Source: Candidatus Omnitrophota bacterium
Lineage (GTDB): Bacteria; Omnitrophota; Omnitrophia; Omnitrophales; Aquincolibacteriaceae
DNA: 64,000 nt
Reading direction: 5' to 3'
Assembly: GCA_018883425.1 (NCBI GenBank)
Contig: VFQY01000001.1
Span: 432 to 64,431, forward strand
Position numbers and translations under genes: made by a program. A model generated the notes under the pieces. The model made no database searches. It was not told where the DNA came from and worked only from the letters and a program-made list of their open reading frames with translations. Position 1 is the first letter of the stretch; every line of letters starts with the position of its first letter. Positions 46,445 to 56,544 of the stretch are shown one piece after another.

Positions 46445-47102
46445 ACGAGTTCAGCGCCTCTCTTTGTTTGATCTGTTCGTACTGTCTCGTAGCATCCTTG
46501 TCGCCCGGAGCGAGGAGCAGGATTTTTTCGACTGTCAGCTTTGCCGCGCCCCACTGCCCTGAATCCATCAGCTGTCCGGCTTTTTTCCGGTAACGCACGA
46601 TTCTTTCTCTGGCCTCATCGCGGTACATGCCCTTGAGAAAAACCTCATTCTGTTTGCCTTCCGCAAAGACTTGTTTGCGGATCTCATCCACTAACTCGGA
46701 GGCTTGCCGGTTCTCCGCGTCATAGGCAAAAACTTTTTCGGCAGTCACCATGGCCTCTTCGTACTGCTTTGCCCGGAACATTTCCCGGGAGCGTTCCAAC
46801 AGCGTTTTGATTTCTTCCTCGGATTCCGCCTGCGATTTTTCGAAGGGCCTCTCTTCGAAAGCTTCTTTCTGTTGAGCGATTTCCCGTTCAAGAATCGACG
46901 CCATGAGCTTCGACGCTTCTTCTTCCTGGGGAGATTGACGAAGGACTTGTTCGGTCAGCTTGCGGGCCTTGAAGTACTCGCCCTGGCGCATCGCGTCCTG
47001 TGCCTGCTGCCTGAGCTCAACAGGATCAGCAGCCCTCTGCCTGGAAACCGTCTGGCATCCGACCATCATGAACACAACTCCAAGGCTTATCGTTTTTTTC
47101 AT
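46443..47102 (-). CDS. Lipoprotein with TPR-like/coiled helical repeats
   Basis: Lipobox LGVVFMMVGC; Glu/Gln/Arg-rich helical repeats. Confidence 0.5.
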   Translation of the reverse strand: MKKTISLGVVFMMVGCQTVSRQRAADPVELRQQAQDAMRQGEYFKARKLTEQVLRQSPQEEEASKLMASILEREIAQQKEAFEERPFEKSQAESEEEIKTLLERSREMFRAKQYEEAMVTAEKVFAYDAENRQASELVDEIRKQVFAEGKQNEVFLKGMYRDEARERIVRYRKKAGQLMDSGQWGAAKLTVEKILLLAPGDKDATRQYEQIKQREALNS

Positions 47103-47319
47103 TTTATAATTTGTAGTTTACATTTTATAAATTACAATCTATAAAAAGTAATCGTACATGGTCAACATTTATTTACAACTTTTTTTAGCAAAATGTAGCA
47201 ATTGTGTATTTTTTTTAGGCGGGCACAATTAGTAGGGGGGCTTGCATCAAAAAAAAGTCTAAAGTTGAGGCTTGCGGTTTAAGAAATGGCGAGAGTTTTG
47301 GAAGGCTTTTCGAGTTTGG

Positions 47320-47351
47320 AGAAAAAAAAGCGCTCGATCACTCGAGCGCTT
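47320..47351 (-). terminator. Rho-independent terminator of accA (minus strand AGCGCTCGA-GTGA-TCGAGCGCT followed by TTTTTTTTCTC)
   Basis: 9-bp perfect stem read directly, with T-run on the minus strand. Confidence 0.6.
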
Positions 47352-47381
47352 GGAAAGCAAACTTAGGGTTTTTTTCGAAGT

Positions 47382-48440
47382 TTATCGGACGGTAAAGACC
47401 CCCATTTTCCGGAATTTTTCATACCTCTCCCCAGGGAGGTCCTTCCGGGGGATTTCAGCGAGTTCTTGAAACGCCGAATTGACTGTCGCCCGGATATTCT
47501 CGGCCGTGGCCTCAAAATCCCGATGAGCACCCCCCAGCGGCTCCCGAATCATGTCGTCAATGACGCCCAGTTCTTTGAGGTCGCGGGCTGTGAGCTTCAA
47601 GGCTCGGGCCGCGTCCTCTGAGCGGGAAGAATCCTTCCAGAGAATGGCCGCACAGCCTTCCGGCGAAATCACGGAGTAATACGCATTTTCCATGACGTAA
47701 ACCCGGTCGCCGACACCAATACCCAGCGCCCCTCCGCTTCCGCCCTCTCCAATGACAATCACCACGATGGGCACAGTCAAATCACCCATCTCGCGGAGGT
47801 TATAGGCGATCGCCTCAGCTTGTCCGCGCTCCTCTGCCCCGACGCCGGGGTAAGCCCCCGGAGTATCGACAAAACAGAGGATGGGCGTTGCGAACTTTTC
47901 CGCCAAACGCATGATGCGCATCGCTTTGCGGTAACCTTCGGGATGCGCACTTCCAAAGCTGCGCATAAGATTTTCTTTTGTGTCGCGTCCTTTCTGGTGA
48001 CCGATAACACAAATGGGCTTTCCCTGCCACTTCGCAAAACCGGCAACGATCGCGCGGTCGTCACTAAAGTGCCGGTCGCCGTGGAGCTCAACAAAATCTG
48101 TGGTGAGATACTGAATATAGTCCATCGTGTAGGGGCGCAGAGGGTGCCTTGCCACCTGAACTCTTTGCCAGGGCGTCAGGTTGTCGAAAATGTCTTTGAG
48201 CGCCTTCTCCATTTTCTTTTCCGCACTGCTGATCTCTCCGGAAAGATCGATGCCTTGAGCCGCAGAGGCACGCAGCTCATCAATTTTCTTCTCGAGTTCG
48301 ATCACGGGCCTTTCAAAAGAAAGACATGCCTCGGCCAGTTTGCGCGTGCCGAGCGTTCTGGGTTTTCGAACCGGCAGGACTTCGGTTTCTTGATTTTGTT
48401 TCTTTTTTTTACTCATGAGATCGGGATCCTTTTCGTTCAA
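47382..48440 (-). CDS. accA: Acetyl-CoA carboxylase carboxyltransferase alpha subunit
   Basis: VVIVIGEGGSGGALGIGVGDRVYVMENAYYSVISPEGCAAILWKD. Confidence 0.9.
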   Translation of the reverse strand: MNEKDPDLMSKKKKQNQETEVLPVRKPRTLGTRKLAEACLSFERPVIELEKKIDELRASAAQGIDLSGEISSAEKKMEKALKDIFDNLTPWQRVQVARHPLRPYTMDYIQYLTTDFVELHGDRHFSDDRAIVAGFAKWQGKPICVIGHQKGRDTKENLMRSFGSAHPEGYRKAMRIMRLAEKFATPILCFVDTPGAYPGVGAEERGQAEAIAYNLREMGDLTVPIVVIVIGEGGSGGALGIGVGDRVYVMENAYYSVISPEGCAAILWKDSSRSEDAARALKLTARDLKELGVIDDMIREPLGGAHRDFEATAENIRATVNSAFQELAEIPRKDLPGERYEKFRKMGVFTVR

Positions 48441-48460
48441 AAATCCGATGACAAAACCGA

Positions 48461-49270
48461 TTAATTTTTGATCCTGACGCTCGTGCCGACAGGCACAAGG
48501 TCATAGAGCTCTTCCACATCCTTATTGAGCAGTCTCACACAGCCGAGACTCTCCTGCTTGCCGATCGACTCCGGAAAGGTCGTACCATGGATGCCGTAAC
48601 CTTTCAGATCAAAACCCATCCAACGCGTCCCTAAGTAGTTGTCGGGACTTCCGGGCGGAACTACGGCGCCGGCATAGTACCAGGTCGGGTTTTCCAGCTT
48701 CATGTTGATTTTGAAATTCCCCACGGGTGTTGAATTGTTTTTTCCCGTTGAAACTCGGTAACTTTTGAAAAACCGCCCCCCCAGCTGAAGAGTCAAAATG
48801 TTGTCTGACTTGTCCACCCGCATCGAAAAGGGCGCGTTCAAGACTTTAAGTTTTGCCCCGGGAACGATCACGTCTGACTTGATGCCGTTGCTTCGCTTTA
48901 AAAGCGCCACCGTGGTACCGAACCGCTGAGCAATCTTGTAGAGACTATCGCCCGCGGCAACTTCGTAGAGATCACTTTCGGGGGTTTCCAGTTTTGAGTG
49001 AACGATTTTGACGTTCAGCTGGCCGATTTTCTTCCTGGCCGCTTCTTTCAGGCCCGGAACTTCTTTTTTGCTGGCCAGGATATTTTCGTAAACTTTTCTC
49101 GCCTGCAGAAACTTCCCGTTTTTTTCCAGCTGTCTAGCCTGTTCAAGCTGAGCGTGGTAAACACCGCTTGGCTCGGAGGCTCGAAGCCCCTGCCCCTCTT
49201 CTATCCCCGCGAAGAGGACAACAAGAATCGACACCAGTCCGGCTTTCCAGCGCATCAGCGCATTCCGCAA
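48461..49270 (-). CDS. LysM-domain L,D-transpeptidase (YkuD family)
   Basis: LysM: YEVAAGDSLYKIAQRFGTTVALLKRSNG. YkuD catalytic region: GIHGTTFPESIGKQESLGCVRL. Confidence 0.8.
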   Translation of the reverse strand: MRNALMRWKAGLVSILVVLFAGIEEGQGLRASEPSGVYHAQLEQARQLEKNGKFLQARKVYENILASKKEVPGLKEAARKKIGQLNVKIVHSKLETPESDLYEVAAGDSLYKIAQRFGTTVALLKRSNGIKSDVIVPGAKLKVLNAPFSMRVDKSDNILTLQLGGRFFKSYRVSTGKNNSTPVGNFKINMKLENPTWYYAGAVVPPGSPDNYLGTRWMGFDLKGYGIHGTTFPESIGKQESLGCVRLLNKDVEELYDLVPVGTSVRIKN

Positions 49271-49710
49271 AAGAGGAACGAGATTAAAATTCCGAGGAAA
49301 GCTCCCGCAAAAACCTCTACAGGAGTGTGCCCCAGCAATTCTTTGACTCGCTCCTCGGCGAACTGCCCTTTCTGATAAAGCTCGTCGAGCATTTTGTTGA
49401 GAACCTGTGCCTGCCTTCCGGCACTGCGCCTCACACCAGCGGCATCGAACATCGTAATAATCGTGAAAACCAGCGTCATCAAGAAAGGCATGGATAGGAA
49501 TCCGTAATACAGCCCCATCGAGGTCGCGAGACTGGCCACAGAGGCGGAGTGAGAACTCGGCATTCCTCCGGTATCAAAGATCCAGCGGAAGTTGAAGCGC
49601 CTTTCCCGAATCATCCCGCGGATCACTTTGGCGAGTTGGGAGAGAGCCCAGCTGAGAAAGACCGCCCAGGCGGCAAGGACAGGCTCAAAAGGCTGATCTA
49701 AAGGTGTCAC
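49255..49710 (-). CDS. Divergent PAP2-family membrane protein (DUF212)
   Basis: GGMPSSHSA motif plus hydrophobic helices. Confidence 0.7.
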   Translation of the reverse strand: MTPLDQPFEPVLAAWAVFLSWALSQLAKVIRGMIRERRFNFRWIFDTGGMPSSHSASVASLATSMGLYYGFLSMPFLMTLVFTIITMFDAAGVRRSAGRQAQVLNKMLDELYQKGQFAEERVKELLGHTPVEVFAGAFLGILISFLFCGMR

Positions 49711-49862
49711 GGGCGTAAAGTTCTCTCGGAAGGATTGACTCGATACTTGAAATATGATTTAATATAAAAAAATTATTCATATTATTAATAATCATACTCC
49801 CATCGAAGCAGGGATGGGGGGCATTATAGGTAGCGAACCCTTGAAATGCAAGGAGGTTTTGG

Positions 49863-51389
49863 TTGATCGCCATCACAGAAAGTGCCGTCTGCTCAGGCAT
49901 TCAAGCCTGTCCCGTTCAAGTCGAAGTAGACGTAACTACGGGCCTGCCGCAAATGATTGTGGTTGGTCTTCCTGACACCGGGGTGAAGGAATCCCGAGAG
50001 CGCGTCCGCTCTGCCATCAAAAACTCGGGCTTCAGCTTTCCGCCCGATAAGATCACGATCAATCTGGCGCCCGCAGATCTTCGCAAAGAAGGTTCAGCGT
50101 TCGATCTGCCCATGGCCCTGGGTATTCTGGCTGCATCCGAGCAGATCCCTCAGGAGAAAGTAACCCCGTACATTTTTTTAGGCGAACTCGCTCTGGACGG
50201 CAGTCTTCGCCCAATCAAAGGGGCGATCGTCATCGCCGAGAGTCTCAAACAGCAGCGCGCTCTTGTTCTACCTGAGGAGAACGCGCGCGAAGCAGCTCTG
50301 GAAAAAAGGGCCCGGATTTACGGCGCTCGAAATCTCCGGGATGTTGTGGATTTCCTCAAGGGAGATAAGCCCCTTTCGCGCACCCTATCTCCGGAGCAAG
50401 ATTCAAATCTCGGCACACCTTCCGGGGTGCCTGATTTTAATGAGGTGAAGGGTCAGTTCATGGCAAGACGCGCTGCAGAAATCGCTGCCGCCGGCGGACA
50501 CAACCTTCTCATGCTGGGCTCACCGGGGTCCGGTAAAACTATGCTGGCAAGACGCATTCCCGGCATTCTGCCTCCGCTGGATTTCGAACAAGCCCTCGAG
50601 ATCACGAAAATCTACAGCATCGCCGGACTGGGGCGAGGGTCCTATGAGACGCTGGTCAAAACGCGCCCCTTCCGGGATCCTCACCATTCGGTATCCGCGG
50701 CGGCCATGGCCGGCGGCGGGTCTTGGCCGAAACCGGGAGAAATTTCATTCGCTCATGGGGGAGTTCTATTTCTGGATGAACTTCCGGAATACCGCCGCGA
50801 CGTGATCGAAACTTTGCGCGCACCCCTGGAGGAAGGCAGCGTGTCGATTTCCCGCGCCAAATCCCAGGCGGTTTACCCGTGCCGTTTCATGCTGGTTGCT
50901 GCCATGAATCCCTGTCCGTGCGGCTTCCTGACGGATCCGGGAAGGAAATGCCGATGTTCGCTGATGCAGATTAAAAAATATCAGTCGCGCGTTTCGGGTC
51001 CGATTCTGGACAGGATCGATCTCCATGTGGAAGTGCCTGCCCTGACCTATCAAATGATCACGGACGAAACCAAAGCCGAGAGTTCCGAGGTGATCCGGGC
51101 CCGGGTTATCGCTTGCCGGGCAATTCAGCAGGAGCGCTTCTCCAAGAAGTCCAGACTGCTGAACGCTTTCATGCGGCCCCGGGATATCAAACTCTTCGCG
51201 TCTCCGGACCAGGCGGGTAAAAAGTTACTGGAAAGCGCCATGCGTGATCTGCACCTGTCGGCACGCGGCTATTTCAAAATTCTCAAGATCGCCCGAACGA
51301 TCAGCGATCTCGCGGGCTGTGAAGAGATACGAAGTGAGCATATCGCAGAGGCCATCCAATACCGCTCCCTGGACCGTCAATGGGGTTGA
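49863..51389 (+). CDS. comM: Mg-chelatase-like AAA+ ATPase YifB/ComM
   Basis: Lon-like N-domain; Walker A GSPGSGKTM; FLDELPEY; C-terminal Mg-chelatase subunit ChlI domain. Confidence 0.85.
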   Translation: MIAITESAVCSGIQACPVQVEVDVTTGLPQMIVVGLPDTGVKESRERVRSAIKNSGFSFPPDKITINLAPADLRKEGSAFDLPMALGILAASEQIPQEKVTPYIFLGELALDGSLRPIKGAIVIAESLKQQRALVLPEENAREAALEKRARIYGARNLRDVVDFLKGDKPLSRTLSPEQDSNLGTPSGVPDFNEVKGQFMARRAAEIAAAGGHNLLMLGSPGSGKTMLARRIPGILPPLDFEQALEITKIYSIAGLGRGSYETLVKTRPFRDPHHSVSAAAMAGGGSWPKPGEISFAHGGVLFLDELPEYRRDVIETLRAPLEEGSVSISRAKSQAVYPCRFMLVAAMNPCPCGFLTDPGRKCRCSLMQIKKYQSRVSGPILDRIDLHVEVPALTYQMITDETKAESSEVIRARVIACRAIQQERFSKKSRLLNAFMRPRDIKLFASPDQAGKKLLESAMRDLHLSARGYFKILKIARTISDLAGCEEIRSEHIAEAIQYRSLDRQWG

Positions 51390-51532
51390 GACCTCTCAGG
51401 ACTGAATCGGGAAATGTTCAAAATAATCCATGGGGATACAACATACGGACTCGTGCTGAGCGTTCAGAGGAAAGCTTCACAAGCCGGGAATATGAACGCC
51501 GGCTGGAATGAAGCTCGCAGGGGGCCACGCGT

Positions 51533-52027
51533 TCATGAGGGTTCCGGAGTTTCCGTCAGTGACCCGCCGAGAATTTCCTCGAATCGGCGGTTTTCCTGGC
51601 TCCATCCAAAAACACGGAAATGATTCGCTCGTCCCGCCCGTACGCTGACAACGAGATGAAGAACCCCGGGATACGCAGGATGCCCGTTCATCAGGGCCGC
51701 CCTCTCGTCTTCCTCAGAAAAATAGGCATCGGCATCGATGTGGGAGTGATAAATAACCGCTGTGAAACGGCCGGACTCCCTGTTTTTTTTTTCGGTATCA
51801 AGCAGCTCCCGCGGCTCCATAAAAAAGGCATCACGGGCGGTCCGCTGAAAAAGGCTGGGGTTCTCCCGATGAAGGCGGTCTTGAGCATTCGTGACAGGAA
51901 GGACGACAAGAGGCCCCAGCAGGCCTGACGATAACGGTGCTGTTAAAAAACCGCAGCATTCCTGGGGATATTCGCGCTCGGCGTGCCATCGTATAGCCCG
52001 TTTATTTTCGGGTGAGAGCAGCAGCAT
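51533..52027 (-). CDS. JAB/MPN (Mov34) domain metalloprotease-like protein
   Basis: JAMM motif E...ECCGFL...HSHIDADAYFSEED. Confidence 0.7.
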   Translation of the reverse strand: MLLLSPENKRAIRWHAEREYPQECCGFLTAPLSSGLLGPLVVLPVTNAQDRLHRENPSLFQRTARDAFFMEPRELLDTEKKNRESGRFTAVIYHSHIDADAYFSEEDERAALMNGHPAYPGVLHLVVSVRAGRANHFRVFGWSQENRRFEEILGGSLTETPEPS

Positions 52028-52055
52028 AGAGACACCGATACGTCAGAAGGCAGGC

Positions 52056-53702
52056 TTAATTTTCGTGGACAATTCCGAGAATACTTTTCGCGTCGAGTTC
52101 CACCCTGACGACGGGCGAAAGCTGAGTCATACCGGGACGCCGTGTCCGTATAAGAACATGGACTTGAGAAGCTGAGGTAAACCAAGCCGCATCGAGCCGA
52201 AGGTTCGTCTGCGCAGACTCGAGCGAAGCGATGCTGCGGGCACGTCCGTTTTCGACAGCTAGAACTTCAAAAGTATAGGAAGTGCCTTCAGCAGGTAAAA
52301 ACCCCTCATCAACAGCCAGATCCTTGAAGGTTAGCACCGAACCGTCGCTCTCAAAATTATCTAAAGGGTTAGCCTCACGGAACCAGTGCCGGGCAAGAAT
52401 GTCGCGCCGATCCGCGAGAATCTTCGTCAGCGTTTGAGCGTCCGCCGGATTGGAATAGGCTCCTGCTTCCACCAAAGCGCGAAGGTCTTCATCAGAAAAC
52501 GTGCGGATGATTTTAGCGGCCCAGAAACCGTCAGCACGGGTGACATCCTTGAAAGCATAATTCTGAAGCTGCGTCTTGAATTGCCCGGGATCAAAGTAGC
52601 GGTTATCAAAATAGCCCACGGCGGGAGAGGCCGACACTTTTTCACCTACTTCGCGCCAGCGCCGCTGCCAGGGTTTTTCCCACAGCCCCAACGTGAGGAA
52701 CGCTTTGGCAACTTCACGAAAATCAAAAAGCGATTCATGTCCATGCATCGGGGGCTTGGGGCCTTTCGATGCCGCTCCGAGCGCTGAAGAGAAAGAAACC
52801 AGGTAGTGTTTCAGCACCTCTTGGCCATTCTCGTTCACGAGCACATCCTCAGTCGTACCAGGGCGCACGTCGGTGTTGTTCAGCCAGGAGGAAAAAACTT
52901 GGAGGGCCCTCAGGGAGCGGCGTCTTTCCTGATCGACAGCGTCTTGGGGGTCACCGCGCCGTTTGCCGAGAAAATCAAAAGATCCCTTGTCCTGACCCGT
53001 AATGATTTTAGTTGCCGAAGCACGGTAGTTGCCCTGATCGTCCGTAGGAAGAAAAAGCAGGTATTCTTCGAGTTTTTCCTGTGTGAGATCTTTGGCGAAA
53101 CCAGTGTCGTCGGTGACTTTCGCGCCGGGAGCGGCCGCAAGCGATCCTGAGGGAATGGACACAATCGTCATTTGCGGGACGTTATACCCCAAGGCATAGT
53201 AGAAACGGCTCGCAATAACTTCCGCGCCCGTCACCAACTCGAAACTGTCGGAAGGGTCGAAGCGCAGGAGGTAGCGGTCCCCGGCGCTGTCCTTGATTTC
53301 ATAGACCGGCTGCAGACCTTCGAATACCCCGCCCACAACTTGAATGGCCCCTGAAATTTGAGGACCCTGATTCTCACGAAAACCCTGCTTTAATTGATCT
53401 GACGTAAGACGGGACCTAGAATGCCGATTTGTAAAAAACGATGAGTCCGGCACTTCATCGTAAACATTGACGTCCTCGGCGGGTGCGGCCTTACCAAAGA
53501 GGGCTCTATAAAGCCGATCCAGTCTCAGGAAGGAAGTGCCTTCATAGTAACCGGCCTGCTCAAAAAGATCCTGGTAGTAAGAGGTCTCCTGAGCTTTGAT
53601 CTCGAGCGCACCTTGCGCAAGACCGCCCCCCAAAGGGGCGCTGAGCAAAACGGCCAAGAGTGACAGCCTGAGCAGCTTAGAAAGGCGTACTTGTTCTGAC
53701 AT
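52056..53702 (-). CDS. Large hypothetical secreted protein
   Basis: Signal peptide MSEQVRLSKLLRLSLLAVLLSAPLGGGLA (start chosen at 53702; track ORF extends to 53852). No recognisable catalytic motif. Confidence 0.4.
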   Translation of the reverse strand: MSEQVRLSKLLRLSLLAVLLSAPLGGGLAQGALEIKAQETSYYQDLFEQAGYYEGTSFLRLDRLYRALFGKAAPAEDVNVYDEVPDSSFFTNRHSRSRLTSDQLKQGFRENQGPQISGAIQVVGGVFEGLQPVYEIKDSAGDRYLLRFDPSDSFELVTGAEVIASRFYYALGYNVPQMTIVSIPSGSLAAAPGAKVTDDTGFAKDLTQEKLEEYLLFLPTDDQGNYRASATKIITGQDKGSFDFLGKRRGDPQDAVDQERRRSLRALQVFSSWLNNTDVRPGTTEDVLVNENGQEVLKHYLVSFSSALGAASKGPKPPMHGHESLFDFREVAKAFLTLGLWEKPWQRRWREVGEKVSASPAVGYFDNRYFDPGQFKTQLQNYAFKDVTRADGFWAAKIIRTFSDEDLRALVEAGAYSNPADAQTLTKILADRRDILARHWFREANPLDNFESDGSVLTFKDLAVDEGFLPAEGTSYTFEVLAVENGRARSIASLESAQTNLRLDAAWFTSASQVHVLIRTRRPGMTQLSPVVRVELDAKSILGIVHEN

Positions 53703-55041
53703 ATAAATTAGTTCCTTCATCTCCATGCGCGACTTCGATTCCAAGGAGCATGTGGTTGGCGACACTGAATCGGAAGCCGCCTCCGTAAGATTCACGGAAA
53801 TTATCCATTTCAAATTCATGGAATTCAGCAAAGACCTGACCGAGATCCGCAAACGTCACGGTATCCATCCGGAAGTTTTTACTCTCCCAAACCGTGTAGC
53901 GGTATTCCAAGTTCATAAGAAAACTGCTTTCGTCGGAAAATCGGTTTACGTCATAGCCGCGAAGCGTGCGGCTAAGCCAGGGACCTAAACCATGCCCGCC
54001 AAGGCGGGCCATCTGATGAAAGGGTACAACGCCGGAGTCCCCGAGCTCATCGTTGTGCTCGCCATAGGCGTGATAGGCCAAAACTCGGCGGGGTGAACCT
54101 AGAGCAAAATACTGACTGAATTCGGCCTGGTATTTGAGAAATTGCGCATCGGATCCTGAAATGCCGTCGTTGAGGGCCAACCCCAAGCGCCGCAATCCCC
54201 CCGAGGTGGACAGCTCTCGCTGATTGCGGGTATCGTGCTGAATCTCACCGCCGTAAACAAGAAGTTCGTCGCCAGCCAGCCCGGGGATGGAGCCTGCTGG
54301 GAAAATTTCGTCAATGATGCCCCGGCCTCCGTCTTCGCCGTTAGTGATATTGACGTTTTTATAATGAAAGTACAGATCGCCCTTGAGGGTAGGGCGCGGA
54401 TCGTAATTGAGCTTCACGCCCGCCGTTGTCGTTTCCATTTTGTAGGAAGTGCCGTTGCCGGCGCTTGTTTCGGGACCCAGGCCATAAAAATGTTCTTCTG
54501 GCCGGCTTTCGTAGTCCACAAAGACCGCGCTGCCGACACCCGTTCCGGAGATATCCTGCCAGCCGAGTTCAGAGCCCGCGTCAAAACGCACACTGTTGGA
54601 ATATTCAACCCAGCTTTTGGCGACCAGATCCGGCAGATCCGTTTTACGCCGGAAAAGACGGACATAATCCACGTCCAGCCCGCCCGATCCCCCCGTCACG
54701 CTGAAAAGTCCGACCTTGGGGGTCAAACCGTTTTCAGTGAGTTTGTCATAGGCCCACTTGGCTTTATTGTCCAAGTGATACTTTTCGGTCAGGTAAAGCG
54801 ACTTACTTGCGGGAATTCTGAGAAGTTCGAGCGGGTAGGTCAAAAAATCACTCGAAACTTTGGAGGCCGAACTGCGGGGTTCGGAGACTCGGGGCAGTGA
54901 AGCATACCGGTCATAACTCGCTTCAGCCGCTTGGAGCAGGCCGTATCCAAGAGTCAACCCTGCTGCCAACACCGCAATGAACGGATAGATTCGGCTTTTT
55001 ATTTTAATCACGGATTCTTCTATCTTTCTTTTGAACAGCAT
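53677..55041 (-). CDS. Putative outer-membrane beta-barrel protein
   Basis: N-terminal signal/anchor; alternating amphipathic beta-strand pattern; C-terminal ...NLYVRTSTPF aromatic terminus typical of OMPs. Confidence 0.45.
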   Translation of the reverse strand: MLFKRKIEESVIKIKSRIYPFIAVLAAGLTLGYGLLQAAEASYDRYASLPRVSEPRSSASKVSSDFLTYPLELLRIPASKSLYLTEKYHLDNKAKWAYDKLTENGLTPKVGLFSVTGGSGGLDVDYVRLFRRKTDLPDLVAKSWVEYSNSVRFDAGSELGWQDISGTGVGSAVFVDYESRPEEHFYGLGPETSAGNGTSYKMETTTAGVKLNYDPRPTLKGDLYFHYKNVNITNGEDGGRGIIDEIFPAGSIPGLAGDELLVYGGEIQHDTRNQRELSTSGGLRRLGLALNDGISGSDAQFLKYQAEFSQYFALGSPRRVLAYHAYGEHNDELGDSGVVPFHQMARLGGHGLGPWLSRTLRGYDVNRFSDESSFLMNLEYRYTVWESKNFRMDTVTFADLGQVFAEFHEFEMDNFRESYGGGFRFSVANHMLLGIEVAHGDEGTNLYVRTSTPF

Positions 55042-55102
55042 GGTGACTCGAAAGTGGGGTTATTATACCCAGAGACTTTCCGGGATCAAGCGATTCCTGA
55101 AC

Positions 55103-55504
55103 TTAGTCTCCGGAGAGATCAAAGGCATCCTGAATCAGGCGGAATTCCGGCCCGGAAGCTTTGTTCCAGGTAAGAGCCAGCACATCAAAGGAAATCTTTT
55201 CGGGTAAGTTTTCATGATCACGCAAATACGATTGCGCTAATCGGACTAACTTCTCCTGTTTGCGCGCATGAACAGCCTCCTCAGGCGCCCCTCGGGCGTG
55301 GTCGCGGCGGGTCTTAATCTCAATAAAGGCGAGACGGTCTCCGCGCACCGCGATCACATCCACCTCTCCCAAACGGCAGCGGTAATTCGTTTCAAGAATC
55401 CGGTATCCCGAGCGCACGAGAAAAGCAGCTCCCGCCATCTCTCCCCGTTCTCCCAAAGTCAGCCGGAAGGGTTTTTTGTTTTTAATCGAAAAAATTCTTT
55501 TCAT
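55103..55504 (-). CDS. yraN: YraN-family (UPF0102) endonuclease-like protein
   Basis: GERGEMAGAAFLVRSGYRILETNYRCRLGEVDVIAVRGDRLAFIEIKTRR. Confidence 0.75.
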   Translation of the reverse strand: MKRIFSIKNKKPFRLTLGERGEMAGAAFLVRSGYRILETNYRCRLGEVDVIAVRGDRLAFIEIKTRRDHARGAPEEAVHARKQEKLVRLAQSYLRDHENLPEKISFDVLALTWNKASGPEFRLIQDAFDLSGD

Positions 55505-56135
55505 GCGGTCCTTTTTTTTCAGAGGCCTCTACGGGAGAGAAAGAGCGGCGGTGTACCGGACAAGGGCCTAGGGCATCCAACCGCTCCAGATGAACCCGGG
55601 TGCCGTAGCCTTTGTGCCGGGAAAAAAAATAGCCCGGATAAATTTCATCCAGGCCGGACATGAGAGCATCCCGATAGACCTTCGCCAAAATGGATGCAGC
55701 CGCAATCGAGGCCGAAAGCGTATCGCCTTTGACGACTGCCTGCTGAGAAATCGGAAGATCCAGGGACATGGTGCCGTCTATGAGGAGAAATGCAGGCGTC
55801 AATCCGAGATTCAGCACGGCTCGCCGCATCGCCAGGCGAGTCGCCTGATAGATATTTAGTTGGTCGATTTCTGAGCTCGTGGCCGAGCCGATTCCCGTCA
55901 GGCCATTCTGGAGAATTTTAAAGAAAAGAGACTTGCGGCGGACTGCTGACAGCTGTTTGCTGTCATTGAGATAGGGGTCCTCGAGCGGGCGCTTAAGAAC
56001 AACAGCGGCGGCAACCACAGGGCCCGCAAGGGGGCCTCTGCCGGCTTCGTCCACACCGGCAAGAAAACCCGGCGAACACCTCGTCTGGTACGGTTCGTCG
56101 AAAGCTCTGAGCTTCTCTGAAAGACCCGGTTTCAT
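55482..56135 (-). CDS. rnhB: Ribonuclease HII
   Basis: AGVDEAGRGPLAGPVV, DSKQLS. Confidence 0.9.
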   Translation of the reverse strand: MKPGLSEKLRAFDEPYQTRCSPGFLAGVDEAGRGPLAGPVVAAAVVLKRPLEDPYLNDSKQLSAVRRKSLFFKILQNGLTGIGSATSSEIDQLNIYQATRLAMRRAVLNLGLTPAFLLIDGTMSLDLPISQQAVVKGDTLSASIAAASILAKVYRDALMSGLDEIYPGYFFSRHKGYGTRVHLERLDALGPCPVHRRSFSPVEASEKKGPHEKNFFD

Positions 56136-56229
56136 AAGGCTCGCGGCCTTCCGCCTGGGCCTGCGCGCCGAGGCGCGAGGCCGGGCTCTATGCCGTTTTA
56201 ATCCGTGCGGCCCGCTTCAAAAAAGGGCC

Positions 56230-56544
56230 TTAGGCCTTCTTCTTGCGCAGATGATACATGCGGGCGCGGCGGGTTTTCCCTTCCTTAACAACCTGAATCT
56301 TCTCGATTGTCGGAGAGTAGAGAGGGAAGATTTTTTCGACGACGTCGCCGTGCGTTTCCTTCAAAACAGAAAAGCTGGCATTGATGGAACTCCCGCGTTT
56401 ACGGATGCAGGTTCCTTCAAAGATCTGAATTCGGGTTTTATCGCCTTCCTTGACGCGGATGTGAATCTTGAGTGTATCGCCCACGCGGAACGGAGGCACT
56501 TCTTTCTTGATCGCTTCTTTTTCAACTTTTTCGATGGCTTTCAT
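56230..56544 (-). CDS. rplS: 50S ribosomal protein L19
   Basis: FRVGDTLKIHIRVKEGDKTRIQIFEGTCI...RARMYHLR. Confidence 0.9.
   Translation of the reverse strand: MKAIEKVEKEAIKKEVPPFRVGDTLKIHIRVKEGDKTRIQIFEGTCIRKRGSSINASFSVLKETHGDVVEKIFPLYSPTIEKIQVVKEGKTRRARMYHLRKKKA

Noticed and set aside
47103-47381. AT-rich region with short palindromes (TGTAgttTACA, CAATTG) upstream of the TPR-lipoprotein/MerR genes
   Set aside because: Palindromes are only 4-6 bp and expected by chance in AT-rich DNA. Only the accA terminator hairpin in this interval is convincing.
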